DNA of 64,000 bases from Octopus vulgaris (taxonomy: Eukaryota). A program made the translations under genes and the position numbers. Numbering within the stretch: the stretch's first letter is position 1; each line of letters begins with the position of its first letter. The notes beneath the pieces were generated by a model that worked only from the letters and a program-made list of their open reading frames with translations, ran no database searches and had not been told where the DNA came from. Below, piece after piece: positions 1-13,834 of the stretch. Location of the stretch: contig OX597822.1 of assembly GCA_951406725.2 (NCBI GenBank), forward strand, positions 40,300,001-40,364,000. Direction: 5' to 3'.

Positions 1-123
1 AAAGCTACGTTAAGGGTACACGTGACTGTGGAGTGCTCAGTCACTTGCACGTTAATTTCACGAGCAGGAAGTTCCGTCGATCGGATCGACTGGAACACAC
101 GTCGTCGTAACCGACGGAGTACC
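1..123 (+). mobile_element. SINE type D, 3' part
   Basis: Matches the 3' body of the copies at 6991 and 45646 (cacttgcacgttaatttcacgagc...gtcgtaaccgacggagt). Confidence 0.85.
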
Positions 124-464
124 ATATACATGAATTTGGTTCCTTAGAAATATTTATGTTCATAATTTTTTGCTATCTTTCTCTTCAATTAACGATCTTT
201 AAACAGGTGTACATTCTCTGAAGTTGTCGCTTTACATCAACAAAAAGTTGAAACCAAACAAATTAAAAGACCCGAATCGTGGATAATATTGCAATATTAC
301 GATATTCCTATACTGTATTGGAAAACTCTAAACCGAAATAAAATATCCGTGAAGTGTCTAATCTCAAAATCTCCAGCATTACCATTTGGGCAATAGATGC
401 GTATCAACGAACAAAATTTCAACTAACGATGTATATACATGCACTCTTTAAAACACACACACAC

Positions 465-543
<79 letters not shown>

Positions 544-595
544 CACTCATTCACACAAACATAAATATATGTACACATGCACATGTGTGTGTATG

Positions 596-636
<41 letters not shown>

Positions 637-951
637 TCAAACTTACATAGATACATGCATATGTATGCATGCATTTATATATGTATCTATGTGCGTATGT
701 ACGTGTGTATGTGCATTCGTTTATCGTGCTATTTGAAGTTTGACGTATGCCATGATATTTTTACGTAACATAGTTGTTACATTCTGACGAAAACGTTCAA
801 TATGAACTAATCGATTCTCTATGGAATGCGTGGGTTTCAAGAGATTCTCTCTGGGGCATATGTATCTATCTAGATATAAATCTCACATTGTCGTTATGTT
901 TTTCAGGTCCGGTCACTTTAAAGCAATTTTATTATTGTAAAGAGAATCTCC

Positions 952-995
<44 letters not shown>

Positions 996-1422
996 TTCTG
1001 AAATACTTTTCTATTTCGTAGTTTAAGCAATTTTCAATACGAAATTATCTGATATTGGGATGATATATTTAAAAGATGAAATATTAGATCTTTCCTGCGC
1101 AAACGTACTGAAAAATGCTTCGTTCCTCCCTATTTAAGACATTAGCCTGTTGGGTCAGTATGTTATATTTCTCGGTTATACATAGGCTGTGTCTGTTGCC
1201 GTTTCCAACTCATGGCTTCGTTTCTTCGACGTTTCCTTCTTCTTCTGGAATAGCATCGTTTATTTTCTATCTTTTTGAGATTCCATCTGTTGTAATAGCG
1301 GTATGGAATTACTTTTTTGTGTATATCAAGTTTTGAAAGGTGTCTATGTTACCTAATGGTGTTACCTCAGGGATCATACAGCACTTGAAACGTCGAGATG
1401 CGCCACGGAGATTCATGTATAT

Positions 1423-1535
1423 GGTACTCTGTCGGTTACGACGACATGTGTTCCAGTCGATCCGATCGACGGAACTGCCTGCTCGTGAAATTAACTTGCA
1501 AGTGATTGAGCACTCCACGGAGATGTGCCAACTGC
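1423..1535 (-). mobile_element. SINE type D, 3' fragment
   Basis: Reverse complement of the body at 1-123. Confidence 0.8.
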
Positions 1536-2766
1536 ATAGAATACAGTACAATGCAATGCATACATATGAATATCAGTGTGTGTACACATATACAAATAAA
1601 TACTTAGACATAAACATCTATATAAATACTAGATATGAGAGAGAGAGAGAGAGTGGGGGAGGAGAAGAGATAGCGATAGAGTGCAGATGCTGGAGAAGAA
1701 GAAAATACAGAGCGCAATACATAAGTAGGAAGTACTCTGCCCAGATAAACCTCTTAAATAGACTGTTAAGCGTTTATAACAATGTTGCTTATCTATTTAT
1801 CTCTTTGTCTTTCCCCCTCTTCACACAATACCTTCTATATACACACACATACATACATACATTCACTCACACACACACACGTATATGTCAATCTATCATT
1901 GTCTAATCATTTATATATCTATCAATCGATCTATTTATCTATCGATCTGTTTATCTATCTACCGAGTCATGCATCTGCCTTGATATTTTTCATTTCTCTT
2001 CTTTCTCTCACACTCTTTCTTTTAACGGCTTTAACCATATAGATATATACATTCACTCGTACACACATATTATACTCATAAGTGCACAGACAATAATCCC
2101 CTCCACACACACACACACACACATACATACACACACATTTAAACACATACGTACACATGCATGCATGGAATTCCCGCAAGGTTATTGAAAACCGCCATAT
2201 TTGAATCGTGTATATTTTCATAATGTCGAAACAATTCCTGTTGGGTTGGAGAATACAATGGTGACAAAACGGAGAGAAACAGGGAAAACAAACAGCAAGG
2301 AGCACTTACTACTACTACTACTACTAGTAGTGAAAATTCGGAAAAAAATCCCGCGAATAAAAGGGAACGGAAGTAGAAAGAACATATAGACACCTAGAAA
2401 GACCTCAACTTAATGAGGTGAATATATTGTATGAATAGATACCTCCATGTCTAAATAGATGAATGAATGGATTGTGCGTGTGTGTGTGTATGTATGTATG
2501 TATGTATGTATGTATGTATGAGGGTTGCACAGCCTCCACTTTAACTCTTTCCCTACCCTCCTCCATGACTTCTTAGATCAATAGATGAATGGATGGATGT
2601 GTATAAGAGTACCATAACCTCCGCCTCACACTCCTCCTTCTCCATTTCTTCTTGAATGATAAGAATAAAGCAAAAAAAAAAAAAACGAAAGAAACAAAAC
2701 AGCTCCTGCTTTCACTCGCTCTCACATAAACTGCACCCAATTCCTTATATTATATGACCAGGAACG

Positions 2767-3350
2767 CCATCGTCATCGTCGTTGGTGTTCGTCATTAATG
2801 TCGTCGTCCACCATCTTCATCGGTATCGACAACGTCGCCGTGATCATCATCACCACCACCATCATCATCATCACCGTCATCATTACCACCATCATCATCG
2901 TTATCATCACTACCATCATCATCATCACCATTATCATCACCATCATCATCACCGTCATCATCATCACCATCATCACCATCATTATTATCATCGCCATCAT
3001 TATCATCATCATCACTATCATCATCACCATCACCATTATCATCACCATTATTATCATCATCATCATCATCGTGATCATCATCATCACCATCATCATCGTG
3101 ATCATCGTCATCACCATCATCATCATCATCGTGATCATCTCATCGTTATCGTCACATTCATAATCATCGCCGTCGCCCGTCATCGTCTTCATTATGATCC
3201 CATCACCATCATCGTCTTCACTAGTATCATCATACCTTACAGTACGATCGCTATACACGCCCATCAACGCCAACGTCACAATGTCATATCAATTACCATC
3301 ACTCAACAGCAACAACAACAATAACCATCATCATCATCGTCAATCACTGC
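2767..3350. repeat. Degenerate (CAT)n/(CAC)n trinucleotide tract
   Basis: Directly visible; source of the spurious poly-H/I/M ORFs. Confidence 0.95.
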
Positions 3351-3399
3351 CCTATCATAAAACTCTCAGCAACCACCATTGCTACGGCATTCATCAAAG

Positions 3400-4020
3400 C
3401 AGCACCAAAACTGCTGCAGGAACCACCACCACTACATATACCACCACCACCACAGCTACGACTGCCACCACCGCTAAAACCACCACGACTATCACAATTA
3501 CCACTACCACCACCACCACCACCACAGCTACTACCATTACCACTGCTACCATTGCCACCACCGCTAAAACCACCACGACCATCACAATTACCACTACCAC
3601 CACCACCACCACAGCTACTACCATTACCACTGCTACCACTACGATTGCCACCACCGCTAAAACCACCACGACCATCACAATTACCACTACCACCACCACC
3701 ACCAGCTACTACCATCACCACTGCTACCACTACGATTGCCACCACCGCTACAACCACCACGACCATCACAAATACCACCACCACCACCACCACAACTACT
3801 ACCACCACTGCCACAACCACCAAAACCATCACAATTATCACTACCACAACTATCACCACCACAGCTATCAACACTACCACTAACACCACCACCGTTACAA
3901 CTGCCACCACCACAAATACAACCGCCTCAACAGTTATACCATCTACCATCATTAATGCTACAAAGCCACCACCATTATCACTACCTCCACCAGCATCAAC
4001 AATACTATCACTGCAACCAT
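3400..4020. repeat. (ACC/ACT)n tract with higher-order ~87-96 nt units
   Basis: gccaccaccgctaaaaccaccacgaccatcacaattaccact recurs near 3464, 3554, 3647 and, degenerately, 3737. Confidence 0.9.
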
Positions 4021-4196
4021 AGCATCTCCTCCTATCATGCCATGCTTTGCCACCACACCACCAAAAACAAAAACAACCTCATTGATTATATGGAATGCAA
4101 CAATAATAGCCTCAAGATAAAAACATTAACTGGGTGAATGTGAACGTGAAACTACGAGATATAACGAGAAACAATTGGAAGTGTAAGATAGGAGAC

Positions 4197-4298
4197 TGTG
4201 TGTATATTTGTGTGTGTGTGTGTGTCTGTGTGTTTATATATATGTATATAATGTGTGTGTTTGTGTATGCTTGTCATGTTTATATATACATGTGTTTT

Positions 4299-4346
<48 letters not shown>

Positions 4347-4894
4347 TACACGTAAAACACATATATGCATGTATGTTTGTGTATATGCATGTCTATGTAT
4401 GTGCGTATATATATGCATGTCTGTATGTATATATATATATATATATATATGCATGTATATCTGTATATATATATATATATATATATGCATGTATATCTGT
4501 ATGTATATATATATATATATATGCATGTATATCTGTATGTATATATATATATAATATACATGTATATGTGATATATGCATGTATATCTGTATGTATATAT
4601 ATATATATGCATGTATATCTGTATATATATATATATATGCATGTATATGTATGTGTATATATGTGTATATAGATATGTATATGAATGTGCGTGTATATAT
4701 GTGTATATAGATATATGTATATGAATGTGCGTGTATATATACATATATGTATGTATGCATGTATGTATATATACATACACACGTATATGAATGTGCGTGT
4801 ATATATGTGTATATAGATATATATATGAATGTGTGTGTATATATACATATATGTATGCATGTATGTATATATACATACACACGTATATGCATGA

Positions 4895-4935
<41 letters not shown>

Positions 4936-5045
4936 TACATGTACACACACACAATTATATATGCATGCACATGTATATTCATAAATAACTTTCGAATATA
5001 TTCATAGAAATGCCAGCAGGTGGCGCTTGTGCACGAGTCTGAGTG

Positions 5046-5090
<45 letters not shown>
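4197..5090. repeat. Compound (TA)n/(TG)n/(TATG)n microsatellite
   Basis: Directly visible. Confidence 0.95.
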
Positions 5091-5092
<2 letters not shown>

Positions 5093-5530
5093 GTGTATGT
5101 TTAAATATGTGAGGGTCCTTAATTATCTTATATGTATTTGTGTGTGTGTGAATGTGACTGTTTATTTTATGTATGTGTTACTGTGTGTGTGATCTAATGT
5201 TAGCATGTATATCTGCCTTAGCAGAAAACCGTGTGTAAATGTGTAAATGCATTTATGTATGTATGTATATATATTTGTCTTAGCAGAAAGGTATGTGTGT
5301 ATATGTATAAGTGCATTTATATATGTGTGTATGCGTGCGTGAATGCATATATCTAGGGTTAAATGAATGTATACTCAGTATGCATATATGTAATGTTGCT
5401 TATAAGTTTTTTGTTCGACGCACAAATGAAAATTCCTCAAAATAATCTTTTTTCCCCTTCCTTGTGCCACTAATTAATTGGATTGGAAGATTCCAGTCCG
5501 TTTATGTCGGTAGTTCATGCAAATGTTTAA

Positions 5531-5886
5531 CGTGGCTGTGTGGTAAGAAGTTTGCTTCCGAACCACGTGGTTTAGGTTCGGTTCCATTGTGTGGCAATTT
5601 GGGCAAATGTCTTCCAAATCTTCGAGCCGATCAAAAATTTGTGAATAGACGAGTTAGACGGAAACTAAAAGAAGCCCATCATGTGTGTGTGTGTGTGTAT
5701 GTGTTTGTCCCACTCTAGCGCTTGCCAATCGCTGTTGGTTACTTTACGTCCCTGGAACGAAGCGGATCGGCAAAAAGTGACTGATAAAATAAGTAGGAGA
5801 CTTAAACACAGAAGCCATGGGGCCAAATTATTCCACTAGACCCTTCAAAACGGTGCCGTAGTCCAACGATTGAAACTAGAAATAAG
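5531..5886 (+). mobile_element. SINE type A, diverged
   Basis: tggctgtgtggtaag head, ttgggcaa core, internal (TG)n and tail, as in 54796-55207. Confidence 0.8.
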
Positions 5887-5916
<30 letters not shown>

Positions 5917-5918
<2 letters not shown>

Positions 5919-6251
5919 GTAGTTGAATGAATTATCTTAGTATGGATAATTCGGTTAACCGATACCTGGGTAGCAAATTCACGTCAGAAAAACACGGTTG
6001 AAGCTACATGTGCTTTCGTGTGGAAATTTGTGTGTTTTTTTTTTTATACAAATAAATGAAATAATGGAGTTGAACGACGATTTAACAAAATTCCTTTATT
6101 CTCGACATATGTTTCGAAGGCTGCATATTCCTAATTTCGAAGGAATAAGGGGTGCATTATGCCGCCTTATCAGGAAAAACAAGTTCGAAACATATGTCGA
6201 GAATAAAGGAATTTTGTTAAATCGTCGTTCAACTCCATTCTTCATTTATTT

Positions 6252-6255
<4 letters not shown>
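5917..6255 (-). mobile_element. (TA)n-embedded foldback element with degenerate Penelope-type hammerhead
   Basis: Perfect 56-bp inverted repeat 6063-6118/6184-6239. Minus strand reads CTGATAA-stem-TTCGAAAC ATAT GTC. (TA)n on both sides. Confidence 0.6.
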
Positions 6256-6336
<81 letters not shown>

Positions 6337-6990
6337 TTTCGGGTTTTAACTCGGTACAAATAAGAATATATTGCCGGGTTGCAAGAGTTGTAGGTTATTC
6401 ATTAATTTACGAAAGATGTTCACGTTTTGTTGAACTTTACAGAAGACATCGAAGTTCTCGGGGAGCTGACCACTGACCACTACAACAATGCATGTCTTTT
6501 GTTTCTTGTCCCAGAGAAAAATGTCAACCCAGTTGTGTTTTCACGAGAATTCTGTTTATTGTACCAGAATGTTCCATCATTATTCTATATTTTTGAGGGT
6601 ATGGATAAATTTGGGTCCTGATGTGTTTTTGCCATAATCTCCTCTGCGTGTTTTCGTCGTCGTCGTCGTCGTTGTCTTTGTAGTTTAGTTTCGGGTCAGC
6701 TATAAAGGGAAACAATTGGGATCAAAGGTGTTTTACGGCTCGTCATTCACCATTTTTTGTACGTGATGGATTGCTTTGAAAACTCAGAATCACTTTAAAA
6801 GCAGCGAAGAATTTGGACGGGTCTCAATTGATTCTCGTTCATCGCATTCGTCATCAATATCTTTCATTCAAATCCACTGAAGCTCATGAAAAAAAAAATA
6901 CAAAAATTTTGCCGGGTTTGATTTGCTCACATTCTGTTGCTCTGTAAACAGGTTGAATGGCGGAGGTCCCAGTTCATCTGTAATATCACA

Positions 6991-7286
6991 TGAAGGCGTG
7001 GCTTAGTGTTTAGGGTATTCGACTCACAGTCATAAGGTCGTGAGATTGATTCCTTGCAAGACACTTTATTTTCCGTTGCTCCAGCCCACTCAGCTGGCAT
7101 AAATGAGTTACACTTGTAATTCAAAGAGCCAGCCTTGTCATATTATGTCACGCTGAATCTCTCTGAGAACTGCGTTAAGTGTACCCGTATCTGTGGCGTG
7201 CTCAGTCACTTGTACTTTAACTTCAAGAGCAGGCTGTTCTGTTGATGGGATCAAATGAAATTCACGTCGTAACCAATAGAGTGGCA
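6991..7286 (+). mobile_element. SINE type D, near full length
   Basis: tRNA-like head (ggcgtggcttagtgtttagggtattcgactc), ccttgcaagacactttat core, D tail. Confidence 0.85.
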
Positions 7287-7634
7287 GGAAGAGCAGGCAG
7301 GCTTTTATCAAGGTCTTGAGAGACTATATAAGTTCGAATGCTGTGAGAAATGGAAAATATAAAGCTTCAAACTGTTACTCTTCAACAGAAGCTGGCAGTG
7401 AAATAAATAGAAGATTTGCCAATCTGCTTTCGGAATGTCAATCTTTTTAGAGCTAAGGTAAAGAAGGCCGATAAAGATCACAGATTCTGTGCCTCCCGTT
7501 CTCTGAGAGGCTCATAACGAATATCGTCATTCGTATTATGAAACAACCAGCAGGTGGAGCTGTAGTCGACTCTTTTTAAAATACATGATAATGCGGTTAC
7601 TGATTTACAAAGAAATTAACAGTAAACAAAATGT

Positions 7635-7970
7635 TTATCTTTTACTTGTTTCCGTTATTATACTGTGACCATCGACCAGTACTTAGTCTATTGCTTATCT
7701 TTTGTCAAATGCTAAGTTACGGTCACATAGGCTCACCAGTTGTCAGGCGGTGGTAGGGAACAAACACATGCACAAAAACAGACACGTATAGGTATACACG
7801 GATAATACAACGGGTTACTTTCAGTTTCCGTCTACGAATCCACTGACAAGGCTTTGGTCGGCCTGAGGCCATAGTAGAAGACGCTTGCCTAAGGTGTCAT
7901 GTTGTAGGTCTGAATACAGAGCCATGTGGTTGGGAAGCAAGTTTCTAACCACACAGCTACAACTGTGCCT
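7635..7970 (-). mobile_element. SINE type A, diverged
   Basis: Reverse-complement similarity to 54796-55207. Confidence 0.8.
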
Positions 7971-8042
7971 ATATTTAAACTATTTTAACTCACTCGTTTT
8001 TCAATCAACAAATCGAAAGTTAATACAGTTTCCTCATACTCT

Positions 8043-8441
8043 TACTCTCTTTTACTCTTTTTTCTTGTTTCAGTCATTTGACTGTGGCCATGCTGGAGCA
8101 CCGCCTTTAATCGAGCAACTCGACCCCGGGACTTATTCTTTTTTTGTAAGCCCAGTACTTATTCTATCGGTCTCTCTTGCCGAACCGCTAAGTAACGGAG
8201 ACATAAACAGACCAGCATCGGTTGTCAAGCAATGCTAGGGGGACAAACACAGACACACAAACACACACACGCATATATATATATATACGACAGGCTTCTT
8301 TCAGTTTCCGTCTACCAAATCCACTTTGGTCGGCCCGAGGCTATAGTAGAACACACTTGCCCAAGGTGCCACGCAGTGGGACTGAACCCGGAACCATGTG
8401 GTTGGTAAACAAGCTACTTACCACACAGCCACTCCTGCGCC
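8043..8441 (-). mobile_element. SINE type A, full length
   Basis: Reverse complement of GGCGCAGGAGTGGCTGTGTGG...GAAACAAG with internal (TA)/(TG) tract. Confidence 0.92.
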
Positions 8442-10030
8442 TTGGGAAATGTTGATAAGGATTTTTTGATACTGTAGCTGTCATTTTTCTTGATGCTATT
8501 GTTTATGATGTTGTTGTTTAAGTCCAGGTCATACCTGATTGAACAAACCTATGATGAAAAGTTTTCAAACCGTTATCTATCTAGGACTACATCAATGCCA
8601 TGTAATATGGTGGTGGGCGTTTACTTCAGGTCTAACTATTAAAACCGTCAGTTATATTGGCGGTAACTCGCCTAAGATGAGGTTGATCAGAAATAGGATG
8701 TTACGCTAGATAATGGCCGAACGATTGGGCGACTGAGTTGAAACGTCTAAAGGTGGCAGGAACGGCAGGCAAATTTTTGACAGATTTTTGCTGTTTAGTG
8801 CTGGATTATCTCTGATTTTGTAGATCTTCAGTCAAATACCTTCCAACCATGGACATCCAGTCTCACAGTCATTTTCTTTGAAGTCAACGGGCCTTGAACC
8901 TCAATCCCCAACTGATCATTCTTTTAGTAAACCAGGAAATAACGATTTGTGGAAGATTTAGCTGCTCTTTCTAGATGCTGCGTAACTGGTTTCTTCACTG
9001 AAAGATAGACAAAGATTTGAACCGCAGCCAGAGATTGTGGTTCGTCTGACAAAAAAAAATTTTCACCACATATCCACGCCGTATTTAGTTGTTTTCATAT
9101 AGCTGGCTAATTACTGCTACTGTCTAATTAAGTAATTAATTATTGAATTAATTAAGGAAATGGCTGATTAGTATATAACAATAGCAGTCAAGAAATAGAG
9201 AGGAAAACTTCACATGCGTGTTTACATATATATATATTCATATATACACCTCCACCACCACAAATGGCCACATAGTATAACAACACACATACATGCACAC
9301 ACAGCAACAACCATACAGCTAATATTATGTATCCTACAGGCATATCCACGCTGAGAACACACACACACACGCACGCACACACACGTACACACACACACAC
9401 ACACACACACGTGTGTGTAAGTGTGTGTGTTTCGACATACATATGCTTATTTTCCATTGTACATGTGCAAGCAACAGATACTGTACACTCAGTACACAAT
9501 TTGCACTTGAAGTCACGCATATGGACACAGACGTACAATAACATATCATACACGTGCGCGCACACATGCACACGTACACACACACACACACACACACGCA
9601 CGAACGCACGCGTTATCCATCCCTTCCACCTCTCATACTCACGTTCCAGCAACGACACACATTTTAACACCGTGCAACCGCATTCAAGCTCAACACACAA
9701 ACACACACACAAATGTATATATATATATAATTGTTAAACAATAATATCATAGACTGAGACTTCGAAGTTTCTACCAGTTAAGCCATCGCCCGACATGTGC
9801 AAGCGGCAGACGCTGTACATTCAGTACACAATCTGCACTTGAAGTCACGGGTATGAACAGACGTACACACACACACACACACACACACACATGCACACAC
9901 CCGTGCGCATGCGTCCTCGCACATGCTATCCGTCCCTTTCTCCTGTCATACTTACGTTCCAACAAAAGTTTAATAAGTGCCAACGCACGAAACTCTTGAA
10001 CCTTGAGTAACTTTACTACTTTTGCTAGAC

Positions 10031-10420
10031 GAAGCCGTGGCTGTGTGGTAAGAAGCTTGCTTCCCAACCACATCGTTCCGGGTTCAGTTCCATTGCGTGG
10101 CACTTTGGGCGAGTGTCTTCTCCTAATGCCTCGTGCCGACCAAAGTCTTGTGAGTGGATTTGGTAGACGGAAACTGAAAGAAGCCCGTCGTATATATATA
10201 TGTATATATGTTTGTGTGTCTGTGTCTGTCCCCCTCACCACCGCTTGAGAACCGATATTGGCTTGTTTAGTCTCCGTAGCTTAGCGGTTCGGCCTAAGAA
10301 ACCGGTAGAATAAGTTCTAGGTTTACGAAGAATAAATCCTGGGGTCGATTTGTTCGACTAAAGGCGGTGCTCCAGTATGGCTGCAGCCAAATGATTGAAA
10401 CACATAAAATTATAAAAGAA
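10031..10420 (+). mobile_element. SINE type A
   Basis: Head with A-box/B-box-like motifs (TGGCTGTGTGG; GGTTCAGTTCC), internal microsatellite, A tail. Confidence 0.9.
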
Positions 10421-10464
10421 TACATACTCATATTTTAAGTTCTATTTTTCCTCTTTGCTTTACG

Positions 10465-10519
<55 letters not shown>

Positions 10520-10772
10520 GTGTGTGAGTGAATGAATGAATGAATGAATGAATGAATGAATAAATGAAACAAACAAACGATGGATCGGTGTCACATCATT
10601 ACAGCTGTTTCGAACGAATTTTTTCATTCATTAAGGTGTACGTTATATCATTATAAAAGACTGTCTTTCTGCGGATGAATACATGAACCACAGTATTAGG
10701 AACATTTAAAATCCACGGCACGTTATTATTTTGTGATTTCACGATCTTTGTTGGTCGAAGAATACATACATT

Positions 10773-11100
10773 TTTATTCTTTTATTTGTTTCTTTCGAAC
10801 TTTAGTCGAACAAATCAACCCCCAGGACTAATTATTTGTAGGCCTAGTACTTATTCTACTGGAATCCCCCTTTTGCCGAAAAGCTAAGTTACGGGGACGT
10901 AGACGCGCCACCGTCAGCTGTCAAGCGATAGTGGGGCACAAACACACAGACATTTATAAAAATAAGACTGTCTTCCTTGAGTTTCCGTCTACCTAATCCA
11001 CTTACAAGGCTTTGGTCTGCCCAAGGTGCCCCGTAGTGGGACTGAACTCGAAGCCATATGGTTGGTAAGCAAGCTACTTACCACACACACACTCCAGTGC

Positions 11101-11102
<2 letters not shown>
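10773..11102 (-). mobile_element. SINE type A, diverged
   Basis: Reverse-complement similarity to the type A copies. Confidence 0.8.
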
Positions 11103-11167
<65 letters not shown>

Positions 11168-11826
11168 TTCTTAATTTGTTTTATGTAATTAATTCGTTTC
11201 ACTCTCTCCGAAAACAAAAAATGTCAACTTGTAGACATTTATTGTGTCAGTACCCAAGAGTAACTTTGGATTTCATCCTGGGTAAGCAATTCCCAATTGA
11301 AGGCCGCTGATGGTGGTGGTGTTGGTGGTGGTGGTGAAATTATTTATTTTTTTATAGTTGTAGATTTGGTTAAGAGATATCTGGGTTGTTTGTGGTGTGG
11401 AGTGAGTGGGGGATGGTAGTCATGGGAAAAAAGACGCTTCTATTTTTATTAGGCTCTATCAGTTAATTATCTGTTTATCCGTTAATTGAGGTGGTGTTTT
11501 TGTGTTGTGGACAACATTGAGTTTTGGTCATAAAAGATCGAGACCTAAATGAATGAGGGATTTCGGTAATTTTTCTAAGAATAGTTTCGCTTTTAATAGG
11601 AAAGTCGAAAAAACAAATAAACAAACAAACAAAAAAAAAACGATAAAACTTTATTATTGATGGGAGATAGGCATCTACACACAGCCAGTCTATTTTTAGA
11701 CTCTGGCCGTAACAACCATATTCCTCTAAAGTTACCTATGACCAAACTGTGAGTTGTCCAAACTAACACACATATCGTTCTCTCTCGTTGTCTGTCTGTC
11801 TCTCTCTCTGTCTCTCTCTCTCTCTT

Positions 11827-11885
<59 letters not shown>

Positions 11886-12002
11886 CAAAATGGTGGGCAT
11901 ATACATTTTATTAAAATTCGTCATTTTGCTCATACATCAAACGACTTCAAACGAATTTTCGAACACACACACACACACACGTCTATCTGTCTGCAAATAT
12001 AG

Positions 12003-12370
12003 AATACAGTGTACATTTAAACACATTAAGAGGTATCCATCATAGGACTTCCTTACGCTACAAGGAACAGCAAAAGTCCAAACCACTAATTAGGGATAAA
12101 ATCTCGAAGGGAATGAAAAATAAAAACAATTACCATCTATTACCTGCATTTTTATTTTTCATTCCCTTCGAAATTTTATCCCTAACTAGTGGTTTGAACT
12201 TTAGTTGTTCCTTCTAGCGTAAGGGAGTCCTATGATGGATACCTCTTAACGGGTTTAAATGTACACTGTATTTTATATGAATAATATATAGTCTATTGAC
12301 TAATTTTTCTATACGCTAGGCCACTGGTAGTAAAGATTTCTAAAATCTTTATTACCCTGATATTATTAAT
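12003..12370. mobile_element. Foldback element with ~124-bp inverted arms
   Basis: Arms 12003-12126 and 12149-12272, about 9 mismatches by eye. Right arm plus extension is homologous (reverse complement) to 62700-62905. Confidence 0.75.
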
Positions 12371-12410
12371 TATGTATAATGATGTCTGCAAATATATATA
12401 TATATATATA

Positions 12411-12530
12411 TGGACGCGCATTGACCAAGTGGTTAGGGCAGCGGACTCGCGGTCGTAGGATCGCGGTTTCGATTCCCAGACCGGGCGTTGTGAGTGTTTA
12501 TTGAGCGAAAACACCTAAAGCTCCACGAGC
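12411..12530 (+). mobile_element. SINE type C head (tRNA-Arg-like)
   Basis: gtggttagggcagcggactcgcggtcgtaggatcgcggtttcgattccc, same as 43937. Confidence 0.85.
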
Positions 12531-12532
12531 TT

Positions 12533-12688
12533 TATGATTTTATTCAACATATCTCTCTCTCGGATTCGCACATTTATTGCAGTACTCCTTCAGTTTTTCT
12601 AACCCCTGTAAAAGAACTCGTAAGTTTGGGCCTCCAGCAAGGCCTTTCGTGATACCTTGAAACCAGGAACTTTTCAGTAGCTCCTCGT
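12533..12688. mobile_element. Mariner-derived MITE, partial (57047 family)
   Basis: Matches 57047-57265. Minus strand encodes a mariner-like C-terminus (GLEKLKEYCNKCANPRERYVE*). Confidence 0.8.
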
Positions 12689-12849
12689 GTTTCTTAAACC
12701 CTTTATTTAAAAAAGTCTGCTCCATAAATTCACTAAGGTACACAACAAATATTACAACAAATCAAATAGTTATTCATTATATATTTCTATAACCGTTTGC
12801 TGGAAATGCAAATTTTTGCCAAGATGTCGTGAGACATTAATTAATATGC

Positions 12850-13035
12850 AAAGACGGGCGAAATGCTTAGTAACTTTTCGTCCATATTAACATTCTGAGT
12901 TCAAATTCTGTGAAGGTGGACTTTGCCTTTCATCGTTACAGGGTAATTAAAATAAGTACCAGTTGAACATTGGGGTCGATATAATCGACTTGCGCCCTAC
13001 CCCTACATTGCTGGCCTTGTGCGAAAATTTGAATG
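12850..13035 (+). mobile_element. SINE type B, diverged
   Basis: ctgagttcaaatt...gactttgcctttcatc...aagtaccag...ggggtcgat. Confidence 0.8.
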
Positions 13036-13366
13036 CAACCAATATGTAAATGAAATATCTGTGGCTCTGTAAGTAACCTCACTGCCACCAATATGACTCC
13101 TCTCCCGGCAACATGGTTTCGGCCGAAATCTTTCTGACCATAGGTCTGTTGAACAAGCTCTGACTTGCTACTGCAGGAGCAACAAGAACAAAAAGAGCAA
13201 CAACGTCTCATCTCTTATCTAGGTGTAGTATGTTCTCTATTCACACACACACACACACACACGCGCGCACTCACATTCACTCACTCACTCGCTCTCTTCC
13301 TCTCCCTTTCTTTCTCTTTCTCTCTCTCTTTCTCTTTCTCACACATCATGATGGAAAAAGAGAGGA

Positions 13367-13573
13367 TATAGTCGAGGCGAGTATCGCGGGTGTTACGTTC
13401 CAAAACCTCCCACAGAAATAATCTAAAAAAAAATATAAACACCTATAAACACCCGCAGCAATCCGCGATAAACTGAGGATCCCGCGATATAAATTTACAT
13501 ATATTAGTCAGAAAAATTCGCGATGTATTGAGTGCTCGATTGGTGAACCACGATATGGCGAAAGATTACTGTG
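13367..13573. mobile_element. pogo/Tigger-like MITE
   Basis: Repeated CGCGAT motifs; right end gtgaaccacgatatggcgaaagattactgt resembles Tigger-type TIRs (recalled). Confidence 0.55.
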
Positions 13574-13834
13574 ATTGGTATGCATTGTATGCTACAGCTA
13601 AATGTATTTTTAAATCTTTTTTTTTTTTTAAGCCAAAACAATGCAGATTATAAGAAATAAAATACAAGCGTATTTTTAATTTATATTTCAGTATTTCGGA
13701 GTTAGGACTTCTTCAGGATATTTTCAGATAATTGACGTGAGCTGACTTCCCTGTTGTGTAGATTTTTTTCTTTGTGTGTGTGTGTGTGTGGCGGGGGGGG
13801 GAGGGAATAAATATATATATATATATATATATAT

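Noticed and set aside
7340-7520. Possible upstream EAAT exon end (FLELR|gtaaag) or CRE-like retroelement remnant
   Set aside because: Does not match LDLIR or the preceding EAAT sequence; retroelement similarity too weak.
12411-12485. tRNA genes at SINE heads (also 43937, 45646, 54796)
   Set aside because: They run directly into SINE bodies, and I could not fold a complete cloverleaf.
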